From: Octopus vulgaris
Taxonomy: Eukaryota
Direction: 5' to 3'
Assembly (NCBI GenBank): GCA_951406725.2
Contig: OX597825.1
Span: 16,306,001-16,370,000, forward strand
Length of the DNA: 64,000 bases
Shown here: positions 42,605 through 54,107 of the stretch, in pieces
How the letters are laid out: every line of letters starts with the position of its first letter
How positions within the stretch are numbered: the first letter of the stretch is position 1
The notes under the pieces: generated by a model
Seen by the model: only the letters and a program-made list of their open reading frames with translations
Databases searched by the model: none
What the model was told of the DNA's origin: nothing
Translations under genes and position numbers: made by a program

Positions 42605-42907
42605 GTGGAGGCACATGGCCTAGTGGTTAGAGCAGCGAACTCGCGGTCGAAGGATCACGGATTCGAATCTCAGACCGGGCGATGTGTGTGTTTATGAGCG
42701 AAACACCTAAGCTCCACGCGGCTCCGGCAGAAAGTAATGGTGAACTTCTGCTGACTCTTTCGCCACAACTTTCTCTCACTCTTTCCTCCTGCGTCTTGCA
42801 GCTCACCTGCGACGGACCGGCGTCCCGTCCAGGTGGGGAATCTTTACGTCAAGGAAACCGGGAAACCGGCCTTTATGAGCCAGGCGTGGCTCGAGAAGGA
42901 CCAAACA
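42605..42907 (+). mobile_element. SINE type D (tRNA-Arg-like head related to C, different tail); 12-bp TSD
   Basis: A box TGGCCTAGTGG and B box-like GATTCGAATC; TSD TAGATAATACAT at 42593 and 42908. Confidence 0.9.
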
Positions 42908-43217
42908 TAGATAATACATACAGCAAATATACATAAATTCGTACATACCTACATACATAGATACATGCATACAGACATACACACATCTATCCACACACAT
43001 ACACATGCAAACATATATACTACATACATACATTCACCTATATACATAGATACATACAATACACATACAGCATATATGTATACACACAATATACAGATAT
43101 ACATACCTATGTACATACATACATGTTTTATTGAATACAGTCGCTGCAGTGGACTCAGCAAGACTGAATAGTTAAGAAATTCTCTTCACAATCGCAAGGC
43201 CTCGAATACGATAAAAG

Positions 43218-43570
43218 GTGAGACGTTCTGGCACAGCCGTTTTGGCGTGGCCGGTTTGGCGTCTCTGATTCGACGCTGACTTATTTGACATCAGACATTT
43301 TAATGTTTCTCTCGTTCTCTCCTTATCTCTCTTTTCCTGAGAGTATTTTTCTCTTTATATGTACGAGTGCTTGTGTCAATCATGTTTAATTAATAAATTG
43401 CATTATTTGTCTTTCTCCTCATTCTCTTTATCTCTATGTGCATATTTATATATTCCAATTGCGCGTGAACGTGTTTGCCACCAGTGCCAAAAAGTACTGT
43501 CGCTAAGTCAGCTGAATAGCAGCCGTGTCAAATAGTCAACGTCCAAATAACTTTGTCCAATCATCTCATA
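43218..43570. mobile_element. Possible old MITE with subterminal TTTGGCG-type repeats
   Basis: TTTGGCG/TTTGAC motifs repeat on the left and complementary GCCAAAA/GTCAAA motifs on the right; highly degenerate. Confidence 0.35.
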
Positions 43571-43964
43571 CTTATCATCTCTTACTTATCATAGCACCAG
43601 GTTGACCCATGCCTTAAAAGAAAATTGTAATGACGAAAACTGTGTCGGATGAATTGTCCCTGTAATTCGAAGGGCCAGCCTTGTCACACATTGTGTAAAG
43701 ATTACGTCAACAGTATAAGAGTCCGTGTATATCTCAGTCACTTACAAGCCAATGAAATGAGTAGGTTGATTTAACTATTAAATACTCATCGTCGACATCG
43801 ACGGAGATCCATTTACTTTACTGTCGCTGCATCTGAATCTGTTGGATTGTTTTAATCCTAGGCCGGTCATATACGAGTAGATGCATGAACATAGGGACTA
43901 CAATGCTAATAATCTCATTTTACAATTAAACTATTAATATATAATCCAGTATATCCTACAAAAC

Positions 43965-44387
43965 TCTTTTACTCCTTTACTTGTTTCAGTCATTTGACTG
44001 CGGCCATGCTGGAGCACCACCTTTAGTCGAGCAAATCGACCCCAGGATTTAGTCTTTGTAAGCCTAGTACTTATTTTATCGGCCTCTTTTGCCGAACCGC
44101 TAAGTTACGGGGACGTAAACACACCAGCATCGGTTGTCAAGCGATGGTGGGGGACAAACACAGACACACAAACATATACACACATACATATATATATATA
44201 CATATATACACATACATATATACGAGGGCTTCCTTCAGTTTCCGTCTACCAAATCCACTCACAAGGCCTTGGTCGGCCGGAGGCTATAGTAGAAGACACT
44301 TGCCAAAGGTGCCACGCAGTGGGAATGAACCCGGAACCATGTGGTTGGTAAGCAAGCTTCTTACCACAACAGCCACTCCTACGCCTA
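43965..44387 (-). mobile_element. SINE type A, full length
   Basis: Near-identical to the other type A copies. Confidence 0.9.
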
Positions 44388-45113
44388 TAAGATATGATTT
44401 TGGGAGAGATATGGCTGCTATTTCTAGGATGTGGATGGCTACGTGGAGACAACCCTTATTGGTTCGTTCTGGAACTGTTGCACGTACAGCAATCTCAACA
44501 GCGCTCCTGTAATTGTTGTTATTGCTGTAGCTAATACGGTTTCCACTGACATTTTTGTCCTTATTCTTACTGGACATGTTAAAGCGAGTCTAACGCAGCT
44601 GCTGTTGCTGACAGGCAATTAATACTTCTATTTTTACAGCTATTGCTCGCATTCACCGCAATGCTTTTGTGTCGAAATTGGCATCTTCCTCATGTTGCCG
44701 GAAGCTACCAATTTGCGAGGATCAGGACTCGAAGGAAGGAATAATTTCGGCATTAACCAAATGTATAAGACATCAGAATGGAAATTTTGAATTGCGCATT
44801 TTGTAAGTCTGTACGTCACAGCGCTATTGTTTTGCATTACTGAAATTAAATGATGGTTTTTATACGGCTAAATTCCTTTGAAAAGCATTTTCCTTCGCTT
44901 AATTTGCCAATGCCCGAAAATACGGTATTTAAAAATTGTAAAGTTCACCTCGAAGACAATTTACCTTCCATATATTCTACTGCGTTTGTCCACAAATTCT
45001 TGTTTCTAGATGAATGGATACCGGTGTTGTAAAAGGCCGAAATGCCTCCTTTTTTAAAAAAGATAAGCATATTCACAGTACCCAGGAACAACAACAACAA
45101 CAACAACAACAAC

Positions 45114-45214
<101 letters not shown>

Positions 45215-45573
45215 TAATCCTTTCTACCATTGGTGCAAGGTCTCAAATTTTGGGGGAAATTACATCGACTCCATTGCTCAACTGGTACTTATTTTATCCA
45301 TCCCGACAGAATAAAAGCCTAAGTCCACCTCATCTGCTGTACGTAAATTGAAGACCAACAGTTAAAAATGCTTGAGAAATACGCGAAGTTTCAGTGTTTA
45401 TAACCTACTAACGGGAGTGAAAATACACAAATGATGAGCATTTTAGGTATTCCATGCAATCAACATGGCTCTTATATTCTAGGCACAAGTGTCGCTGTGT
45501 GGTAAGAAGTTTGCTTCCCAACTACATAGTTCCGAGTTCAGTCCCACTGCGTAGCACCTTGGGCAAGTGTCTT

Positions 45574-46251
45574 GACCTGGGTATCTTGGTGGATTCCTCC
45601 TTTTCGCCTTCGGCCCAGTGCGTCCATGCTGCCAACAAAGCGGGCGGAATTCTGTTTTTGATTCGACGGTCATTCGGAATGCTCACAGCAGCCATATTCC
45701 TACCACTCTATGTCACGCTGGTGAGACCAATATTGGAGTATGGGATTCAAGCCTCTTCTCCTTATCTCCTCAAAGACATACAGCATCTCGAAAGAGTCCA
45801 GAGGCTGGCTACCCGCATGGTTCATGGTCTCAAAAATTTGTCCTACGAAGAAAGGCTGAGGACGCTCGACCTTTATTCTCTTGAAAAACGCCGCCGCCGT
45901 GGTGATCTCATTCTCGCCCACAACATCATAAGCGGGAAGTGTAACCTCTCGAAAGAGCTGTTCTTCACTCCTGCTCCGGAGCGTCGGCTGCGGGGTCATT
46001 CCGAAAAGCTCTACCTGCGACGATTTCATCTCAATCGAAAGAGAGGAGCTTTCTCCGTCCGGGTTGCGGATCCGTGGAACAAGCTGCCAGACGAGATGGC
46101 GAAGATGCCGACGACCGCTTTGTTCAAAGCCTCCCTGGACCTCAAGTGGCCTGAACTCTTTACATGAACACCACCCTGTACTTAACTCCATGTCCCCCTA
46201 CATGGCCTTGCTATTTGCTTTTGAGCCAAATTAACTAACTAACTAACTAAC
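45574..46251 (+). mobile_element. 5'-truncated CR1-clade LINE (ORF2 C-terminus, 3' UTR, (TAAC)n tail) inserted in a SINE A
   Basis: Open frame DLGILVDS...LYVTLVRPILEY...LERVQRLATR...LSYEERL...RRRRGDLI...RGHS...FSVRVADPWNKLP ending at the stop at 46167. Confidence 0.95.
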
Positions 46252-46259
46252 TATATATT

Positions 46260-46490
46260 AAGGCCGAGCTGGCAGAAACGTTAGCACGTCGGGCGAAATG
46301 CGTAGCCGTATTTCGTCTGCCGTTACGTTCTGAGTTCAAATTCCGCCGAGGTCGACGTTGCCTTTCATCCATTCGCGGTCGATAAATTAAGTACCAGTTA
46401 CGCACTGGGGTCGATGTAATTGACTTAATCCGTTTGTCTCTCCTTGTTTGTCCCCTCTGTGTTTAGCCCCTTGCGGGTAGTAAAGAAATA
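46260..46490 (+). mobile_element. SINE type B, one body, inserted in the same SINE A (A resumes at ~46498-46575)
   Basis: TATATATT flanks both sides; type A sequence continues at TCGGGCCGACCAAAGCC. Confidence 0.9.
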
Positions 46491-46909
46491 TATATATTCG
46501 GGCCGACCAAAGCCTTTTGAGTAGATTTGGAAGACGGAAACTGATAGAAGCCTGTCGTCGGTATTTGTGTGTATATTGCACTCTTCGTACAGCCGTAAGA
46601 GTATTTTAACTCTTATTTCTAGTAATTTAGTTGCTTTGGCACCTTTAGGTGGTTGGACAGGCCAGTGCTTAGTAGTAGAAAATATATGTGAAGATGTATA
46701 CATATGTATATATTAGGCATGTATATATATATTTATACAGATGTTTATACATATCAATATCTACATATACAATTCGTACTCATATGTATATGTACACATG
46801 CACACCTATATATACGTGTATCTGTATGTATTATCGCCCCTGTACATGCAGGTGTATATAGCTTGCAAACATACATTCACAGATACACACATACATGCAT
46901 ACACGCATA

Positions 46910-47126
46910 CATTTCTCTCCTTTTTCTCTCCTTTTTTCTCTCCTTGTTTCTCTCCTTTTTTCTCTCCTTTTTTTTCACTCCTTGTTTCTTTCTGTGTTCC
47001 TTTCTGTGGAAGAGCGTAGGCTCGAAATGTAAAAGACTTTTTCAATTCTCGAGCGTTATACTAATACATCTGTTTGTTCTCTACACCACCTGTCTTCGTC
47101 TTTTGTTTTTTTCGTGAATTCTGCCT
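46910..47126 (+). mobile_element. Penelope-like terminal fragment with a degenerate hammerhead motif (46999-47036)
   Basis: cttt CTGTGGA A GAGC gtag GCTC GAAAT GTA aaag, followed by a T-rich tail into (TA)n. Confidence 0.55.
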
Positions 47127-47154
47127 ATATATATATATATATATATATATATAC

Positions 47155-47379
47155 CGGAGTAAACACATAAATGTGAAACAAGGTGGAAAAAAGAGTACTC
47201 AAATACCAGCGGTAGAGTAATATGCTTTATTTAAAGCAGCAGAAAATTCAACAAAACCTGTTACTCTGAGTTTCCCGTTGCCGTTCATCGGACAGTTTTT
47301 TCTGGCAAAAACTGTCCGATGAACGGCAACGGGAAACTCAGAGTAACAGGTTTTGTTGAATTTTCTGCTGCTTTAAATA

Positions 47380-47380
<1 letters not shown>
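47155..47380 (-). mobile_element. Penelope-like terminal-repeat fragment with an inverted partial duplication, in a (TA)n tract
   Basis: Perfect 74-bp arms at 47227-47300 and 47307-47380; AATAAA lies downstream on the minus strand; (TA)n on both sides. Confidence 0.7.
47306..47355 (+). ncRNA. Minimal type I hammerhead ribozyme-like motif, mirrored on the minus strand at ~47252-47300
   Basis: Stem I CAAAAACTGT/ACAGGTTTTG, core CCGATGA, stem II CG-GCAA-CG, GAAA, stem III ACT-CAG-AGT and cleavage triplet GTA (47343-47345). Confidence 0.65.
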
Positions 47381-47427
<47 letters not shown>

Positions 47428-47479
47428 TGTACTTGTTTCAGTCATTTGACTGCGGCCATGCTGGAGCACCGCCTTTTAG

Positions 47480-47644
47480 AGTGGTGAAAGAGTACAGCAG
47501 GGATCACCACCTCCTGCCGGAGCCTCGTGGAGCTTTTAGGTGTTTTCGCTCAATAAACACACACAACGCCCGGTCTGGGAATCGAAACCGCGATCCTCCG
47601 ACCGCAAATCCGCTGCCCTAACCACTAGGCCATTGCGCCTCCAC
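47480..47644 (-). mobile_element. SINE C head abutting a SINE A 3' fragment (47428-47478)
   Basis: Matches both sequences. Confidence 0.85.
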
Positions 47645-47711
47645 TACATATATATATGTATATATATATATATATATGTATTTATATACATGTATATATA
47701 TATATATTGTG

Positions 47712-47742
<31 letters not shown>

Positions 47743-48291
47743 ATACACACACAATATATATATATATATATATATACGTGTATGTCTATATCTTATACAC
47801 ATATATACATATAGAGATACACACACCCACATTTATGCATATGTCTCTGTGTATGCAAGGATACATGCATTCATGGGAGAGCTAAGAGAGAGAGAAAGAG
47901 AGAGAGAGGGACAGAGGGAGAGAAAGAGAGAGAGATAGAGAGTGAGAGAGAGGGGAGGGGGGAAGAAATAGAAAATGAATGCATAAGTACGAGAAGAAAG
48001 AATTAGAAAAAAATAATTAGAAAGAAGAGTTGAGAAAACACCAAAAATCTACCGGAAAAAAAAAAACAAAGTTAAAAAGAAAAAAGCAAATGATGGATGT
48101 GATGTGAAAGGAGATGAGAAGAGACATGATGAATCGACAACGTATATTGGAAACAATCTTTGATAAGTAAGGATGGACAAAAGTGCAATGAATAATTAAT
48201 AAACAAAACTAATAGGAGACGAACGGACAAGAGGAGTGAAGTAAAAACAAACCTTATTTGTTTATTTGTTTATTTATATTTGTTTATCTAT

Positions 48292-48322
<31 letters not shown>

Positions 48323-48374
48323 TCTATCAATTTAATCACCGAAAGAGAAGAATACGTAAACAGAGAGCGGTCTT

Positions 48375-48987
48375 TCCTTCCTTCCATTCTTCTTCTTCTT
48401 CTTCTTCTTCTTCTTCTTCTTCTTCTTCTTCTTCTTCTTCTTCTTCTTCTTCTTCTTCTTCTTCTTCTTTTGTTTTCCTTCTTCTTCTTGTTTTCCTTCT
48501 TCTTCTTCTTCTTCTTCTTCTTCTTCTTCTTCTTCTTCTCCTCTTCTTTTTCTTCTTCTTTTTCATCTTCTTCTTCTTCTTCTTCTTCTTCTTCTTCTTC
48601 TTCTTGTTTTCCTTCTTCTTCTTGTTTTCCTTCTTCTTCTTCTTCTTCTTCTTCTTCTCCCCTCTTCTTTTTCTTCATCTTCTTCTTTTTCATCTTCTTT
48701 TTCATCTTCTTCTTTTACTTCTACTTCTTCACCTTCTTTTTCTTCTTCTTCTTTTTCATCTTCTTTTTCATCATCTTCTTCTTCTTCTTCTTCTTCTTCT
48801 TCTTTTTCATCTTCTTTTTCATCTTCTTCTTTTTCATCTTCTTTTTCATCATCTTCTTCTTCTTCTTCTTCTTCTTCTTCTTCTTCTTCTTCTTTTTCAT
48901 CTTCTTTTTCATCTTCTTCTTCTTCTTCTTCTTCTTCTTTTTGTTGTTGTTGTTCTTCTTCTTTTTCTTCTTATTTTTCTTCTTCTC
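48375..48987. repeat. (TTC)n polypyrimidine repeat
   Basis: Read directly. Confidence 0.95.
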
Positions 48988-49286
48988 AAAGAAGGGAAGG
49001 AAGGAGAGAGGAATAGATGGATTCGTAGGGAAGATGGGAGTGAGAGTGTGAGGGAGAGAGGAACAAAGAGAGGAGAGAGGCAGAGGGAAATGGGGGAGGG
49101 CTGGGGAGAGAGGGAAAGGGAGACAATGTGGGAGAGATAAGGAGTGGTGGAAGAATAAATATATAAAAACCGTTTTAAAGAACTATGCAGAAATAATTCT
49201 TGACTATCACTCTCTCATAGCATAGACATTCTCTTTCCTTCTATCACTAAATACACACAGGCAGACGCGAGCGAGTATATATGTGC

Positions 49287-49330
<44 letters not shown>

Positions 49331-49438
49331 ATATAGTAAATGAAAAAAAACGGACGACATGCACAAAAAAAAACAAACAACGCGCGAACGTGGTACGTGT
49401 AAAGTATTAGCAGACGCACAGGGAAAGAAAAAAAGGTG

Positions 49439-49473
49439 GTTTAACGTTTCGAGCAAAGTTCTTCTTCAGAAAC
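49439..49473 (-). ncRNA. Minimal type I hammerhead ribozyme motif within a ~140-bp Penelope-like insert (49335-49475)
   Basis: Minus strand reads GTTT CTGAAGA A GAAC ttt GCTC GAAAC GTT AAAC: canonical core, 4-bp stem I, one mismatch in stem II. Confidence 0.75.
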
Positions 49474-49536
49474 ATATATATATGTATATATGTATATGTA
49501 TATGACTATATGTATATGTATATGTATATGTACATG

Positions 49537-49589
<53 letters not shown>

Positions 49590-49676
49590 TTTAATGTATA
49601 TACATGTACATGTGCATACATAAATATATATAGATATATTTATACAAATGTATGTATATATATACATGCGTATATA

Positions 49677-49738
<62 letters not shown>

Positions 49739-50131
49739 CATGCGTTTTTGTTTGTATGCATGCATGTATGGATGTATGGATGCATAATTGCTTTCGTGTG
49801 GCCATGTCTCTATGACCATCCGTACACGAACACAGATATTCATGAATCACATATGTGCCGTCATCCATATATAACCACGATGTAGAGATTACTTGTTGCT
49901 GTGGGGCAGGTTAAGGAATATATTTTATTACATGAAAACATACGATGGCGAGAAATTAGCAATAAACGCAGAAGACAACTTGTAATAAATGAAGGAAATC
50001 TTAAAGCTTGTACTGATAGATCTAATAAAAAAGGGGCATAAATCTTCTCACAGCATAAAACAACAATAACAACAACAACAGCAGCAGAAGCAAGAGACGA
50101 GACATTTAGTTGATGGTATAATTAGAAGATT

Positions 50132-50724
50132 GGCGAGCTGGCAGAAACGTTAGCACGCCGGGCGAAATGCTTAGCGGTATTTCGTCTGCGTTACGTTGTG
50201 AGTTCGAATTCCACCGAGGTCGACTTTGCCTTTCATCCTTTCGGGATCGATAAATTAAGTACCAGTTACGCACTGGGGTCGATGTAATCGACTTAATACC
50301 TATGTCTGTCCTTGTTTGTCCTCTCTGTGTTTAGCCCCTTGTGGGTAATAAAGAAATAGGTATTTCGTCTGCGTTACGTTGTGAGTTCGAATTCCGCCGA
50401 GGTCGACTTTGCCTTTCATCCTTTCGGGATCGATAAATTAAGTACCAGTTACGCACTGGGGTCGATGTAATCGACTTAATACCTATGTCTGTCTTTGTTT
50501 GTCCTCTCTGTGTTTAGCCCCTTGTGGGTAATAAAGAAATAGGTATTTCGTCTGCGTTACGTGTGAGTTCGAATTCCGCCGAGGTCGACTTTGCCTTTCA
50601 TCCTTTCGGGTTCGATAAATTAAGTACCAGTTACGTACTGGGGGTCGATGTAATCGATTTAATACCTATGCCTGTCCTTGTTTGTCCCCTCTGTGTTTAG
50701 CCCCTTGTGGGTAATAAAGAAATA
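50132..50724 (+). mobile_element. SINE type B, head plus three 183-bp bodies, 18-bp TSD
   Basis: GGTAT junctions at 50176, 50359, 50542 and 50725; TSD at 50115-50132 and 50725-50742 (one mismatch). Confidence 0.95.
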
Positions 50725-50912
50725 GGTATAATAAGAAGATTGTTATCAATCGGGGGAAAACAACTGGTTGTTTTTATGTATTTAAGGGGAATTTTATGCC
50801 AGTAGTTCAAATCCCTTTGGTGGGAAGGTAGGGTAAATTTTGTCTTTAATCATATAGGGGTCGATAAAGGAATAGCATTCTAGTATTGGTGCTGATTAAA
50901 TTATTTTATACC

Positions 50913-51312
50913 TATTTCTTTACTACCTACAAGGGGCTAAACACAGAGGGTCAAACACGGACAGACAAACGGATTAAGTCGATTACATGGATCCCAGTGC
51001 GTAACTGGTACTTATTTAATCGACCCCGAAAGGATGAAAGGCAAAATCGACCACGGCGGAATTTGAACTCAGAACGTAACGGCAGACGAAATACCTATTT
51101 GTTTATTACCCACAAGGGGCTAAACATAGAGAGGACAAACAAGGACAGACAAACGGATTAAGTCGATTACATCGACCCCAGTGCGTAACTGGTACTTATT
51201 TAATCGACCCCGAAAGGATGAAAAGCAAAGTCAACCTCGGCGGAATTTGAACTCACAACGTAACGGCAGACGAAATACGGCTACGCATTTCGTTCTGCCA
51301 GCTCGCCGCCTT
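50913..51312 (-). mobile_element. SINE type B, head plus two bodies, 18-bp TSD
   Basis: TSD at 50895-50912 and 51313-51330 (one mismatch). Confidence 0.9.
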
Positions 51313-51649
51313 ATTGAATTATTTTATACCGTCTTCCAAAAGTGCATAGCCTTGTCTCTATGCTAGAAATAACAAGAACAACAACAACAGCAGCAGCTGC
51401 AACAGCAGCAATAATAATTGTTTCTACTGAAAACACAAGGCCTAAAATTCTGGGGGAGATTTCATCGACCTCCAGCACCGAACCGCTAATTATTTTATTG
51501 ACCCCGAAAGGATGAAAGGCAAAGTCGACTCCGGCGACATTTGAACTCAGAACGTGAAAACGGACGAAATACGGCTACGCATTTCACGATTCTGCCAGTA
51601 ACGATTCTGCCAGCCCATCGCCTTAATAATAATAATGATGATGATGATG

Positions 51650-51695
<46 letters not shown>

Positions 51696-51708
51696 TAATA
51701 ATAATAAC

Positions 51709-53419
51709 AAAAAAGTGATAAGTGCAGAATCAGTGGACAAAACGGTGAAACCGTATGGCATATTACCAGCCAATGTACGCCACTAGCCCAGAAGGAATAT
51801 AAGAGACGCCACGACAATATAGCCAGGCTTGTCCATTGGACACATTGCTACAAGTGTGGACTTGACAGAGCAAAAAATTGTTACGATCACAAACCTGAAG
51901 GCATTGTCGAAAATAGAAATGCAAAGATCCTATAGGATTTTATGATTCACTGCAACCATGAGATAGAGAATAGGAAGCCAGACATAGTCTTAATAGAGAA
52001 AGAAAACAAACTATGCTGGATTATAGATCAACCCAGGTCTGATGAATATGCAGCAATATAGTCATGATAGAAAGAGTCAATGTAACTGATAAGCAAAGAG
52101 AAATACTCTCTGAACCAACCATAAACACAAAGGCTGATGAAAATAAAATTGACGAAGGAAGTCAAACAGAAATTGACCCAACTGAACCAGAGGATGTAAA
52201 AAAATCAAATCATGATTGAATGACTGAAAATTAAAGAAACCAGTATTAATGAACGCGACACTCCCAAAAATTAGCAGCTCTAACCGAAATCTGAAAGTAA
52301 TTGGTAAAATCCGCCTTGCACTTAAGGATATAATTTAAGCTAATGATGTTGATATTAGAGGTCTCAACCACCTGTACTATGCATACGCAAAGATTTCAAC
52401 GATTCTATGTGGTGAAAAGATTAGAAAACGACAACATTCCCATAAAAAGTCTACTTGTCAAGAGCATATTCAACACCAAATTCAGCTACTTAGGTCTGAC
52501 ACAGAATGTTTAAAATGTCTTAAGTTTGACAAGACTATCACCCCCCCCCAAATCCGAAAATAAAAAAAAAACGTAATATGAAAACCATCGATACCACCAT
52601 AGAAACTATCAAGAAAAATTATGTGCTAAAGCTGCCCGCATAGTAAGGTATGAAAAGCGCATTCGATTCTTCAAGGATAACAACACGTTCAAAGATAACC
52701 TAAAAATGTTTTACAGGAAGATAAGGAAAATATCAGATACAGTAAGGTGTGTCTCATTAAAAGAAGAAGTACAAGATTTTTGGAATAAAATTTGGGCAAA
52801 CTAAAAGCACACAATAAAAAGGTGTCTTGGATTGATAAAATATCTACTGACTCTCAAAATGACCACATCTCATTCCTCTGGAACTTCCCTGTTCAAACTG
52901 ACAGAAAGACAGATGCGAATAGGCCAGAGATTATATTGAAGGACTTCAGACAAAAACCATGCCTCCTCATTGATATGACTGTCCCAATCGGAATAAATGT
53001 ATGTGTCTAGTCCTACCAAAAACTGAGCAAGTATAAAGATCTTGAAATAGAAATTGGCCAAATGTAGAACCTAAAGGCTAAAACAGTACCTGTTGTCAGA
53101 GTTGACCAAGGAATGCTAGCAAACGGGGCTGATTCCTAGGTAGCTCAGATACCAGGAAACTCCAAAATGGCAGATATTAAAAAAGATAGTGCTCATGGGA
53201 ATTGCACATATCATACGTAAAACACTGTCTATGTAATCTCAAATTTTACAAGCATATGATTTCATGTTTTCTTAAACACTTACTAGAACAATACCTTGTG
53301 TAAAACCAAATATATGATACCCTAGGCATAACACCAACTTGAACTTCTAACTTGTCTCTTGAAGTCTCTGGGTGAGATCTGAAGTCAACTTGTACAAATA
53401 TAAAGCAAAAGTCAAGCAC

Positions 53420-53420
<1 letters not shown>
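51709..53420 (+). mobile_element. Rearranged R4/Dong-clade LINE fragments embedded in (TAA)n
   Basis: 51709-52028 encodes KCRISGQNGETVWHITSQC..YKRRHDNIARLVHW..RKPDIVLIEK. About 52600-52830 encodes RYEKRIRFFKDNNTF..FYR..DFWNKIW. 52855-53236 encodes LWNFPVQTDRKTDANRPEII..LLIDMTVP..KLSKYKDL, then a 3' UTR and (TAA)n tail. Confidence 0.85.
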
Positions 53421-53479
<59 letters not shown>

Positions 53480-53480
53480 T

Positions 53481-53838
53481 ACATAAGAACTCAGAACGCA
53501 AACCTTCGCCAATGCAACACCAACGTTCTCTCAACGATTAACCAGAGATGATTCTTGAAATAAGAATATCTGAAATAAACTCGACTGCTCTCACAAACGG
53601 AAATATTAAAATGAACCCGATCGCTCTGAAAAAATCAAGTAAAAAAGCAGGAAAAATGATCCAGAATCTTTGTCTAGTACCGGATCGATCCCAGAATCTA
53701 ATCAGTTTGTGCCAGTCACGAGGTCAAACATCCCTGAAAATTTTATCCGAATCCATCCAGCGGTTCTTGAGATATCTTGTCCATGGACAAACAAACATGA
53801 CTGAAAACAATACCTCTACCTTTGCTAAGATGGATGTA
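53481..53838 (+). mobile_element. Helentron-associated (DINE-1/HINE-like) non-autonomous element
   Basis: GGATCGATCCCAGAATCTAATCAGTT...GAGATATC...ACAAACAAAC..AAAACAATACCTC with a degenerate 3' hairpin. Family assignment is from remembered architecture. Confidence 0.55.
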
Positions 53839-53902
53839 ATAATAATAATGATAATAATAATAATAATAATAATCATAATAATCATAATAATAATAATAAT
53901 AA

Positions 53903-54010
53903 CGGGTATACAGGGCTTCCTATATTTTACCCCAGTGTCACTTTGATGGCATGCACTGCTCCCTCACTCAATAATAATAATAATAATAATAATGATGATG
54001 ATGATGATGT

Positions 54011-54107
<97 letters not shown>

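Noticed and set aside
42605-42680. tRNA genes at SINE C/D heads
   Set aside because: A and B boxes are present but there is no acceptor stem, and each continues into a SINE body with TSDs.
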